Virus record (IMG/VR): IMGVR_UViG_3300023266_000004
Span: 1-38,153 of that record
Direction: 5' to 3' (one strand)
Origin: a virus
Lineage: Duplodnaviria > Caudoviricetes
Length of the DNA stretch: 38,153 bases
The notes beneath the pieces are model-generated. The model ran no database searches. It was not told the origin of the DNA and worked only from the letters and a program-made list of their open reading frames with translations. Of the stretch, positions 1 to 8,360 are shown piece after piece (position 1 is the stretch's first letter; the number at the start of each line of letters is the position of its first letter). Position numbers and translations under genes: made by a program.

Positions 1-99
1 CTGTTCCGGCCGCCCGGATTGGGGTCAGAGATTTTTCGGACCCCTCCCCCTCGGCTCGTCGTCGCTCCATCCAACAGAGCGTCGTCGGCGGACAACCGA

Positions 100-393
100 T
101 CACAGCGGCGCTCGAGCGCTATTGCAGCGCCGGCACTGGGCGAGCAGCCGCTGGGCGTGCCAGGCCCGACGATCACCGCCCAGCTGGGTGAGGGTGAGCG
201 GATGGCCGCCGGTGAGCGGGTTGGCCGGGCTGCCGGCGTCGGCGTACGGACAGCCGCCCGAGGTGTGACACCACGGCTCAGCGGCGATGGCCGCAGCGGT
301 GCGCACCCGGTGGGCGGGACCGTAGCGGCTGGCATGGTCGGGGCAGGCCGCCCGGTCAACGGGTCGCCCACAGACGGGACAGGGACGGCGCAT
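100..393 (-). CDS. HNH endonuclease-like protein (terminase-associated, HK97 gp74-like position)
   Basis: N-terminal RRPCPVCG..C-x-x-H, then WC...LTGGH...QCRRCNS. It would lie just upstream of TerS on the circle. Start is uncertain (ATG 393 chosen). Confidence 0.7.
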   Translation of the reverse strand: MRRPCPVCGRPVDRAACPDHASRYGPAHRVRTAAAIAAEPWCHTSGGCPYADAGSPANPLTGGHPLTLTQLGGDRRAWHAQRLLAQCRRCNSARAPL

Positions 394-542
394 CGGGCGT
401 CTGGTCCATGGGCTCCTCAAGGTCTGAGGGTGGCGAGCCGCACACCATGCGTCACCATCGGATGCATCGGTGCACGCATCACCACAGAGCGTCGCGGTGC
501 ATCATGCCACCACGGCGACCGAACCAGGCGATCTGGCTGGCG

Positions 543-3191
543 TCAGTCCTCGGCCTTGTCCAGGCACCGCTGCCCGCCGTCGGACTCGAAGATGCGCCAG
601 CGGGCCAGGCGGTTGTAGTCCCGGGACAGGTCGAGGTGGACGCCGTAGCGCCCCATCGCCCGGGCCATCATCGCCACCGTGCCCGTGCCGCCGAACGGAT
701 CCAGCACGACGGCGGGACGGGTCGGCGCCTCGGGCACCTCGCAACCACAGCGGTAACCGGTGATGGTGGCCTCTAAAGAGGCAACGCCATAGGGTCGCTT
801 GTCTGCATCAAGCGTCGCGCCACCCGTACGAACGGACGCCGTACGATTGTCGGTTCGCTGGTGATGAATGGTGCGATAGCTCTTCTCCACCACCGGCGCC
901 CGTGGCTCCCCGCAAGCGGTACAGATGCCGGTGGGCGACCAGCCGTCGATGATGCGCCGGGGCCACTCGGGCGGGAAGGCGGCGAAGTGGTCGACGCCGA
1001 GATCGTCGGGCACCGTCAAGGGCTGCGAGGGGATCGACCACACCGACCCCGGCAACTTGCCGAGAGGGTTGTGGAACCGTCCCGCATCGGCCGTAAACCC
1101 TCCCCAGCCGTTGTCACGTGCCTTCGCTGGACCACCGGACGCATTCGCCGTCTGCTCCTCCCGCACCTCGTCCAGTCCGGCAAAGTACCGCTCGCCCTTC
1201 GTAAAATGGAACCAGTTCTCGTGGCTGCGGCGCACCCGGTCGGTCACGCTCTCCGGGAGGGAGTTGTGCGTGAGCACCCCCGACGCCAGGGCGAACAGGT
1301 GCGGCTCGTCGGCCACGCCGATGTCCCAGAACCGTCGAGCCCGTGACCGGCGCACAGCAACGACTTCGGTGTCGGACTTCTTGCGCCGGTCCACATCTTC
1401 GTAGAGCGTGCCCGCCCACGTCGGCCACGTACGGCCGAAGGCGTCGACAGTGCCCCGCCGCAGGCGCAGCGACATCCCGAGCCGTGCCGCAAGAGCCCTC
1501 AGGTCACGAGCCAGATCGTCGTTGCGGCCGGTGAAGTTCAGCGTGATGCGCCCGCTGGCTTCGGTGTGAGCGTCGCCGGCTACGTAACCCTCGAGCACGG
1601 CCCGCAGGAAGCGATCGTCACGTGACCAGATGCCAGGCCGAAGGCACTTCGTGTAGACGTTCTGACCGCCGACATAGGTCGCCAGGGCGGCGTCGAGGAA
1701 CCGGCCGCACAGGTTGATGGTCACGCCGTTGCCGCTCGTGCGATACACGTGACAGGACTCGCCGAAGGACTCTGCGAGCACCTGCAGGCGTTTCAATCGA
1801 GCCTCGTGCTTGACGTGGGAGGCGACCTGGATGGTGCCGCCCGACCGGGACCCGTTGGCCAGATAAGCACCGACGAACCAGCCGATCTCATCGTCGAGGC
1901 GTTCAGCACCATCGACGCTGTCAGGCAGGCGGCACGGTTCCAGGACATCGCCGACGGTCAAGTCCCTGGCGTGGACGTTGCCTTTGCCGACGACCGGCCA
2001 GCGATGATCAGGTGTGCAGCCGATGCGCTCGCCGTTGCGCAGCTCGAGCTCCAAGGCGTTCGTGTCGGCGGTCCGCTCGGTCGGCTGCCACCAGAGCACC
2101 TGCGTCCAGCGCCGGCCATTCCAGAGCTGCACCTGGTCGGGGGCGTAGTGGCGGCACAGGTCGTGCAGCTTTGTCACGGTCGGACGGCCCTTGACCTTGG
2201 CGTAGACGTTCGTCCCGCCGCTCAGGCAGTTCGGCTTGTCCCATATCACCTCGGCCCGCAGCGTCCATTGCGGGCCGCCGCCCGGCCGGTACTGGTCGGG
2301 ACAGCAGAGACCGAGGGCGAAGCGCCACGGCAATCCCATGAGGCTCTTATCGGGGACGTCATAACCCCGATTGCCAGATGACAGGACGCCGCTGTCCTTG
2401 GCGGCCGTGTTCATGTTCGCTATAGCCATGCCGTGGCGGGACGCTGCCAAGGCACCGGTCTCAGGCCCGCAGCCGCTCCCCCCGTACTTGTCGCCGAGGT
2501 TGATCCACGCCGAGGCGCCCGGCTTGAGCACCCGCCAGCCCTCGTCCATCACCGCCCACAGCGCAGCCAGGAACTCGGCGGGGGTCGGCTCGGAACCGAG
2601 CTGGCCGGCGTAGTGCTCACCCTCGTCCTGGTAGGAGCGCAGAGCGAAGTACGGCGGCGAGGAGATGAGCAGGTCCACCGAAGCGGTGGCCAGCGGCATG
2701 GCCAGTGCATCGGCCCGCACGACCGCCGCTCCGGTGGCGTCGGGATAGGACCTCGGCGCCACGGCCACCGGCTCGGGCTCGGTCAGCCGGTCGAGCAGTT
2801 CCTGCAGGTCGTCGCCGCTCCAGCCCGTCGCCGCCAGCAGCTCCTCGTCGGCGTCGTGCACCTCGGCGATGAGGGCGGCCAGGGCGGCGTCGTCGTAGCC
2901 GCCCAGCTCGGCCGTGCGGTTGTCGGCAAGAGCGAAGGCGTGGGCGGTGGTCGGATCGTCGTCCACCCACACGACGGCGACCTCGTCCCAGCCCAGCTGG
3001 CGGGCGGCCCGGACGGTGTGGTTGCCAGCGATGACCTCGCCCGTGGCCCGGTTGGCCACCACCGGCTTGCGCTGGCCGAAGGCGACGAGGCTCCGGGCGA
3101 TGGCGTCGACGTCACCGACCCGGGGGTTGCCCTCGAGCAGGGCCACGTCGTCGAGCGGCGTGGCCAACGGGACGAGGTCGGCGACGATCAC
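543..3191 (-). CDS. ParB-N domain / beta-class N4C-N6A DNA methyltransferase fusion, interrupted by an intein
   Basis: ParB-like N-terminus (NPR, FGQRKPVV, IAGNHT, ALADNR). MTase motif IV SSPPY comes before HFAAFP and motif I VLDPFGGTGT. CxxC insert near the C-terminus. Confidence 0.9.
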   Translation of the reverse strand: MIVADLVPLATPLDDVALLEGNPRVGDVDAIARSLVAFGQRKPVVANRATGEVIAGNHTVRAARQLGWDEVAVVWVDDDPTTAHAFALADNRTAELGGYDDAALAALIAEVHDADEELLAATGWSGDDLQELLDRLTEPEPVAVAPRSYPDATGAAVVRADALAMPLATASVDLLISSPPYFALRSYQDEGEHYAGQLGSEPTPAEFLAALWAVMDEGWRVLKPGASAWINLGDKYGGSGCGPETGALAASRHGMAIANMNTAAKDSGVLSSGNRGYDVPDKSLMGLPWRFALGLCCPDQYRPGGGPQWTLRAEVIWDKPNCLSGGTNVYAKVKGRPTVTKLHDLCRHYAPDQVQLWNGRRWTQVLWWQPTERTADTNALELELRNGERIGCTPDHRWPVVGKGNVHARDLTVGDVLEPCRLPDSVDGAERLDDEIGWFVGAYLANGSRSGGTIQVASHVKHEARLKRLQVLAESFGESCHVYRTSGNGVTINLCGRFLDAALATYVGGQNVYTKCLRPGIWSRDDRFLRAVLEGYVAGDAHTEASGRITLNFTGRNDDLARDLRALAARLGMSLRLRRGTVDAFGRTWPTWAGTLYEDVDRRKKSDTEVVAVRRSRARRFWDIGVADEPHLFALASGVLTHNSLPESVTDRVRRSHENWFHFTKGERYFAGLDEVREEQTANASGGPAKARDNGWGGFTADAGRFHNPLGKLPGSVWSIPSQPLTVPDDLGVDHFAAFPPEWPRRIIDGWSPTGICTACGEPRAPVVEKSYRTIHHQRTDNRTASVRTGGATLDADKRPYGVASLEATITGYRCGCEVPEAPTRPAVVLDPFGGTGTVAMMARAMGRYGVHLDLSRDYNRLARWRIFESDGGQRCLDKAED
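1263..2228 (-). mobile_element. Intein (322 aa) with LAGLIDADG-type homing endonuclease region
   Basis: Junctions WDKPN|CLSGG and VLTHN|SLPES; block B CTPDH; block F WDIGV; LAGLIDADG-like helices WFVGAYLANGS and AVLEGYVAGDA. Removing it restores W-x-K-P-N-x-x-P-E-S-V-x-D-R, which is typical of this MTase family. Confidence 0.92.
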
Positions 3192-3649
3192 CTAGCGTCG
3201 TCGGGCTCCGGCTCAGGCTCGGGCGTGGGGGCGGGCTCGGGGGGCGGGACCGTGGACATGGCTTCCTCCGTGGGTCGTCGGCGCTCTCCAGCATGCAACC
3301 CCTCGGCCGACGATGGAGGGACCGGTACCCAGACGAAGCCCTCGCCCGGTGGGCGTCGCTCCAGTTGTCGGGCGGTCGGGTTGTGGCCGGGCTTCAGCCG
3401 GCGCACGAGGTCGACATCGCCGACCGGCTCGACCCGCACGCCCGCCCGGCGCCGACCCAACGGCGAGCCGGCCCGGCACTGCTGGCAACGTGGCCAGCCG
3501 CCGCTCGAGGGCATCCAGCGGCTCGTTCCGCCGGTGCTCAGGATGGAAACCATCGTCCGGCTCTGACAGCTGGGGCACCGAGCGACGACGTAACCGGTCT
3601 CCCGGCCGAGCGCTTCAAGGCGATCCCACGTGTCTTCAGGCTCAGACAT
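3188..3649 (-). CDS. Hypothetical protein with two CxxC pairs and a Pro/Glu-rich tail
   Basis: CPSC and CQQC motifs. The stop overlaps the GTG start of the MTase. ATG 3649 chosen because the upstream extension crosses the repeat-rich origin-like region. Confidence 0.55.
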   Translation of the reverse strand: MSEPEDTWDRLEALGRETGYVVARCPSCQSRTMVSILSTGGTSRWMPSSGGWPRCQQCRAGSPLGRRRAGVRVEPVGDVDLVRRLKPGHNPTARQLERRPPGEGFVWVPVPPSSAEGLHAGERRRPTEEAMSTVPPPEPAPTPEPEPEPDDAR

Positions 3650-3654
3650 TGAAG

Positions 3655-3822
3655 AGTTCCTGTGTTGGTACGTTGGAACGTCCCACATGGCCATTCGCGC
3701 GTTTTCTGACTTCAACCCCGTATAAGCCCCCATAAACCCCCAGGTAAACAGGTATATGAAACGACTCCGCGTGTAGAGCAGCGGCGGAATCAAGTTGGAA
3801 TACCAACATTCCAACACCTGAA
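3655..3822. promoter_or_regulatory. Putative replication origin with 8-bp iterons (NGTTGGWA) flanking an AT-richer core
   Basis: TGTTGGTA 3663, CGTTGGAA 3671, AGTTGGAA 3793, and inverted TACCAACA 3801 and TTCCAACA 3809. Lies directly downstream of the primase-helicase gene. Confidence 0.65.
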
Positions 3823-3827
3823 GATGC

Positions 3828-6272
3828 TCATGTCGGCGCCGACTCGCCGACGACCCAACCGGCGTCGTCGGCGGGCTTCAGCCAGTCCCGTTCTTCGGCC
3901 CAGGCGATCATCTCGTCGATGCTGGCCTCCTGCCGATGCCTGCCGGCAGCGGCGTGCGTCAGCTCGCGCCGGCTCACAGGCTCGGGTGCCAAGCGAGCAG
4001 CGCGCCGGGCCATCGCCCGAGCACCGCCGACGACGGCCCGCTCGTGCGTGTCGACGTCGAGAGCCTGAACCGTGATCCGTTGCCGACGCACCAGTCCGCT
4101 CGTCCGCTCGTCTTCAGCCTTCTGAACGGCAGCCCGGGCGCGCTCGATGATCCAGCGGCGCATCGAGTCCGAGGCGTCGAGGATCATCCCGGCCAGGCGC
4201 CAGTCATCCACAGTGATCCGCAGCCGGTGGGCGAGGATCGCCAGCATGGCTGCTTCCTTGAGGCGGTTCTGATCTCGGTGGGCGTCGAGGGTGTCGAGGA
4301 CGAGGGCGCCACGCTGGATGGCCAGGGCCCGCTCCCGCACCTCGGCGAGCACCTCGGGCTCGAGCTCGATCGTCTGCCCGCCGGTGATCGCCGACGGCAC
4401 CCACGGTCCTTCTGGCCACGGCGCCGGCGCCTCGGGCGGCTCGGCGGGGATCGAGGGGTCGTTGGCGTGGAACATCACGACCCGCTGAGGCGTTCCCGTG
4501 GACGAATCGGCGAACAGCTGGGCGGCGGCGACGTCCTGGAGCCCGACGAGCAGCACGAGGCGATAGGAGCCGGCTGGCAGGACACGGAGCGTCTCCTGCC
4601 GGGCGTTGGCCTGGCCCAGCAGCTCACCGCTGTAGGCCGACCGGAGCGTGGGCAGGATCGTCGTGCCCGCCCGCTCGGCCATGCGGGTCAGGGCCTCGCC
4701 CTCGTCCAGCAGCAGCAGCGCCGCCGTCCTGGACCGAACCTTGACCTTCACCGTGCCCTTGCCGCTGGGCTTGGGCTCCTCCCGCCACTCGTAGAAGACC
4801 TCGGCGACGCCCTCGCCCGAGCCCAGCGGCCCCTCGAAGACGTCCGTGCGGGTGATCGGCACCAGGGCCCGCCCCAGCGCCGACGAGGTCGTCTTGCCGG
4901 CGCCTGAGCTGCCGATGACCGCCACCAGCGCGTTCAGGCTGATGGGCACGGCGATGCTCGTGTCGATCGTGAGCCCGTGCGGGACGAGGACGCACAGCCG
5001 GGCCCGCACCGCCGCGTACACGGCGTCGGCCGAGCGCATGCGGGCGTGCGCCCAGCGGCGCAGCGCGGCCAGCTCGGGCCGCTCCCAGAAGCCCTCGGGC
5101 AGGTTGCGGGGCGGCGCCGACTCGGGCTCGACCAGTTGGCCTTCGTGGATGGCGACGCCGGCGAGCGGGTCGCGCTCGGCGAGCCAGGCGGCGTGGATGC
5201 CGGTCGCCTCGGCGACGGCGCGCAGCGCGGCGGTCCGGTCGCCGCCGAACTCGTAGACCGCCAGCACGTCGGCGGCGTCATAGCTCGTGGTCGGCACCTG
5301 TCGGGGCGGGTCGCCCCGGAAGGTGGGCCAGGTCTCGAACTCGATGACCGACGTCGAGTAGTTGATCATCCGGCCGTTGGCCTTCTTGATCTGCGCCGAC
5401 ACGCCGCCGAACTTGTCCTCGCCGGGGCGGGTGACGTAGATCATCTCGGGCGTGTCCTGCCAGTGGCTCCAGCCGTGCCGGCACAGGATGCCCAGCACGC
5501 CCTCGGTGGCTTCGATGTGGGCAGCGGCGACGTCCATCCACGAGTCCCCCACGACGCCACCGGTCCACGGCCGGGGGACGGTCAGGCGCCTGGCGGCGGG
5601 GACCGAGACCTCAACCGACGCCACCTCGTTGCACTCGGTCGCCGCCGCCAGCAGGACGGTCCACTCCTCGACGGTCACGACGGCGATCGAGGCGAACCCG
5701 CCCGAGCGCAGGACCCAGGAACCGCCGGTGGGATGGGTGGTGCCGTTGGAGGGGGCGACGATGACGAAGCCACCGTCGCCCCTCGTCTCGATCAACGGGC
5801 GGGGCCCGTCGTCGGTCATGCCGCTGGCCAGGCGGATGTTGCCGCCGACGTGGTCGGGCACGTGCGCCATCGTGTGCATGCCGCCGCTCGGCGTCGTCTC
5901 CTGGTAGCCGGCGACCATCCGCTTCCAGATGTCCCGGGCGTCGTGGCGGTCGAGCGCCGCCACCAGGCGTCGGCACCGGGCTTCGTCGCTCACGAAGCGC
6001 CCCTCGAGCTCGAGCATCTGGAGATGACCCGACACCCGGCCGCACACGATGCCTAGACCGGGATAGGCGTCGAACCACGCCTCGACGGTGATGCGCGACG
6101 GCCGCTCGCTCTGGTACAGCTCCCAGCCCGGTCGGCGCTTGCCGGCTCCATCCGCCGGGCCGTGATGGGGCACCGCCAGCGGTGCCTTCGTGCCGTCCGT
6201 GCGGGGCCGGATCGGGCACAGCCCGGCGTCATAGGCGGCGAGCGCAGCGGCCAGGATGGGGGTCATGATCAC
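3828..6272 (-). CDS. Bifunctional DNA primase/polymerase fused to a P-loop helicase-like domain
   Basis: Prim-pol motifs GTKAP, GLGIVCG, TPSGGMH and IETRGDGGFVIVAPS; Walker A GSSGAGKT; Walker B LLLDEG. GTGA overlap with the upstream stop (alternative ATG 6266). Confidence 0.88.
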   Translation of the reverse strand: MIMTPILAAALAAYDAGLCPIRPRTDGTKAPLAVPHHGPADGAGKRRPGWELYQSERPSRITVEAWFDAYPGLGIVCGRVSGHLQMLELEGRFVSDEARCRRLVAALDRHDARDIWKRMVAGYQETTPSGGMHTMAHVPDHVGGNIRLASGMTDDGPRPLIETRGDGGFVIVAPSNGTTHPTGGSWVLRSGGFASIAVVTVEEWTVLLAAATECNEVASVEVSVPAARRLTVPRPWTGGVVGDSWMDVAAAHIEATEGVLGILCRHGWSHWQDTPEMIYVTRPGEDKFGGVSAQIKKANGRMINYSTSVIEFETWPTFRGDPPRQVPTTSYDAADVLAVYEFGGDRTAALRAVAEATGIHAAWLAERDPLAGVAIHEGQLVEPESAPPRNLPEGFWERPELAALRRWAHARMRSADAVYAAVRARLCVLVPHGLTIDTSIAVPISLNALVAVIGSSGAGKTTSSALGRALVPITRTDVFEGPLGSGEGVAEVFYEWREEPKPSGKGTVKVKVRSRTAALLLLDEGEALTRMAERAGTTILPTLRSAYSGELLGQANARQETLRVLPAGSYRLVLLVGLQDVAAAQLFADSSTGTPQRVVMFHANDPSIPAEPPEAPAPWPEGPWVPSAITGGQTIELEPEVLAEVRERALAIQRGALVLDTLDAHRDQNRLKEAAMLAILAHRLRITVDDWRLAGMILDASDSMRRWIIERARAAVQKAEDERTSGLVRRQRITVQALDVDTHERAVVGGARAMARRAARLAPEPVSRRELTHAAAGRHRQEASIDEMIAWAEERDWLKPADDAGWVVGESAPT

Positions 6273-6673
6273 GCGAACGTCGTCATGACCTCGACGCGGT
6301 CGACCCAGCCAGCATCGATGGCAAGGGCGATCCACCTGTGCGGCGTGGTTCCTTTTTCAGGCATGTGTGAGGTCACGAGCATGTAAGACTCCCGGGGTTC
6401 GGCCAACGACAGCAGCGCGGCATTGGCGACGAACTTCTTGACCGTGTCGGTGCGCAGGCATCCGTTGCGACCTGACTCCGATAGCCACGACCCTTTGCAC
6501 TCGATCCACCAGGTCTGACCCAACGGGTCACGAGCGATGATGTCGACCTCGATGAGCGTGGTCGACTCGCGCCAGTGCTGCCCGAGGATCGTCCACCCGG
6601 CCATCACCAACTGCGCGACGACGGCGCTCTCGAAGCTGCGCCCCTGGGCGCCGGCGGCGGCCTGGAAGCTCAT
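6269..6673 (-). CDS. PD-(D/E)XK restriction-endonuclease-like protein (Mrr/YraN-like fold)
   Basis: GRSFE...EVDIIA...IECKG catalytic pattern; ATGA overlap with the upstream MTase stop. Confidence 0.75.
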   Translation of the reverse strand: MSFQAAAGAQGRSFESAVVAQLVMAGWTILGQHWRESTTLIEVDIIARDPLGQTWWIECKGSWLSESGRNGCLRTDTVKKFVANAALLSLAEPRESYMLVTSHMPEKGTTPHRWIALAIDAGWVDRVEVMTTFA

Positions 6674-7914
6674 GGCTTGTCCAGTACGAAGATCTGCTCC
6701 GGGTACCGGTCCTCGTGGTTCTCGCCCTGGCGCAGCCCCCCGCCCTCGAGCTGATCGAACCAGGCCAGCTCGAAGCCGAGACCGAGCAAGGTCGTCACGT
6801 GCCAGGCGGCAACGTGCTGACGAGTGAACTGGCGGTCGTGGTCCTTGACGTTGAGCACGAACCGGCCGCCGGAGCGCAGCACGCGCCACGCCCCTTCCCA
6901 CGCCTGGGCGTGGAAGTGGCGGTAGTCCTTGCCCCACTGCATGCCGCCCGAATTGCTTTCGGTCAGCTTGCGCCCGAGATCGTGCGTGTAGGACCGACGC
7001 AGCGACCCGTCCTTGGCGTCGTGCTTGTCGGCAAAGCGGTTGCCGTAGGTCGGCGACGTGACGATGGCGTCGAAGCTGGTGTCGCCGAACGGTAGGTCAA
7101 GCGCGTTGCCCACGAGCGTGTCGGGATGCAGTCGCGCCCACTCGGGCTCGAGCTCGACGCCAACGGTCCCATTCTCCAACAGGTGGATCCGACCGGTGCC
7201 AGCGAACGGGTCGAGCACCCGGGGGTACCGAGCGACAGGAACGGCTGCGGCGAAGATGGGCAGCAGCCCGAGGGCGAACCTCGCCGGATGCGACGCGCCG
7301 CCGCCGACGTCGGGCTTGGACACCCTGACCTCGTGGTCGGGGTGGACGATGATCGCCTCGCCCTCCTCGTCGAACAGCACAATCTCGCCGTTGATCTCCT
7401 CGACGTGCTCGACCTCGCGCTCGTCGCCGTAATCGTCGGTCACCACATCGCCGGGGACGATGGAGCGAGCCGGACGCGTGGCCGGGCGGCTCTTGCCGTC
7501 GAGCCCGATGATGCGCTCGGGAACTGCGGACTGATCCGCAGTTCCCAGGTCGTTGCGGACCGTCTTGTCATCGACTCCTAGCGCCTTGCCGATGGCCCGA
7601 AGGCTGTGCCCTGCGACGCGCAGATCGACGGTCAGGCGGCGACGCTGGTCGACGCTGAGGTGTCGACGATCGAGATTCAACGTGCCAGCCAGCTCGAAGC
7701 CCTGGTCGTCGTCGGCGACCTCCCATACCTCGACCGGGCACTCTACGCCGAGTTCTTCAGCGAGCTGTGTTCGATGGTGCCCGTCGATGATCCGGCCGTG
7801 CTGATCCTTGATGACCGGCAAGAGCACGCCATGGCGCTCGATGCTCGCTCGCAACGCGGCGCGAGCACTCTCGTCGAGCTCGGGCAAGATCTGGAAACTC
7901 TTCTCGTCCCTCAC
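6670..7914 (-). CDS. ParB-N + HTH + DNA amino-methyltransferase fusion
   Basis: ParB box GVLLPV..IIDGHHR and NLDRRHL; HTH SLRAIGKALGVDDKTVRNDL; MTase motif I VLDPFAGTG followed by motif IV TSPTY. Confidence 0.85.
   Translation of the reverse strand: MRDEKSFQILPELDESARAALRASIERHGVLLPVIKDQHGRIIDGHHRTQLAEELGVECPVEVWEVADDDQGFELAGTLNLDRRHLSVDQRRRLTVDLRVAGHSLRAIGKALGVDDKTVRNDLGTADQSAVPERIIGLDGKSRPATRPARSIVPGDVVTDDYGDEREVEHVEEINGEIVLFDEEGEAIIVHPDHEVRVSKPDVGGGASHPARFALGLLPIFAAAVPVARYPRVLDPFAGTGRIHLLENGTVGVELEPEWARLHPDTLVGNALDLPFGDTSFDAIVTSPTYGNRFADKHDAKDGSLRRSYTHDLGRKLTESNSGGMQWGKDYRHFHAQAWEGAWRVLRSGGRFVLNVKDHDRQFTRQHVAAWHVTTLLGLGFELAWFDQLEGGGLRQGENHEDRYPEQIFVLDKP
7519..7546. repeat. Perfect 12-bp inverted repeat inside the ParB-HTH-MTase gene
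   Basis: GGGAACTGCGGA-CTGA-TCCGCAGTTCCC. Confidence 0.9.
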
Positions 7915-8360
7915 GAGTCCGAGAACAGGTCGTCGACCGGCACGCTGGCCGCCGCCGGTGCCGAGTACTTCGCCCGGTAGAGCTTCGCCTTCTTGCCCGG
8001 CGCCGGCTCGGCCTGGCCTGTGTAGGCGACGGCCAGTTCGCCGCCGACCGCTACAGCCTCAACTCCCGCCGCCTCGCCCGCCGTGCGGATGGCGCTCAGC
8101 ATGGACTCGCCTTCACCACTGGACGGCGTGTACTTGCCGCCACGGGCGAACAAACTGACCGTGTCCCCATTCTCCTGTTCGAGCGAAAAGACATACTGCA
8201 TCATTGGTGAACCGTCTTTGAAGGTACGGGGCGATCCGTCCATTTCGGTTTGCTGGCGCTGCTCGATGTTCGTGATTCTGCCCTTATACGTGTCCCCGAT
8301 CTCCACGAATTTGGCGCTTGGGCTGGATTCCAGATCGGAGAGCGGGATGCTGGTGGTCAT
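7911..8360 (-). CDS. Putative single-stranded DNA-binding protein
   Basis: Beta-rich pattern KFVEIGDTYKGRI with an acidic/aromatic C-terminal tail (VDDLFSDS); follows the exonuclease gene. Confidence 0.6.
   Translation of the reverse strand: MTTSIPLSDLESSPSAKFVEIGDTYKGRITNIEQRQQTEMDGSPRTFKDGSPMMQYVFSLEQENGDTVSLFARGGKYTPSSGEGESMLSAIRTAGEAAGVEAVAVGGELAVAYTGQAEPAPGKKAKLYRAKYSAPAAASVPVDDLFSDS

Noticed and set aside
3650-3817. N-terminal extension of the 3188 ORF to 3817
   Set aside because: It has atypical composition and runs through the iteron-like repeats, so the stretch is more likely non-coding.
6670-7914. ParABS plasmid-prophage partition system
   Set aside because: No ParA ATPase gene is visible, both ParB domains are fused to MTases, and an integrase is present.
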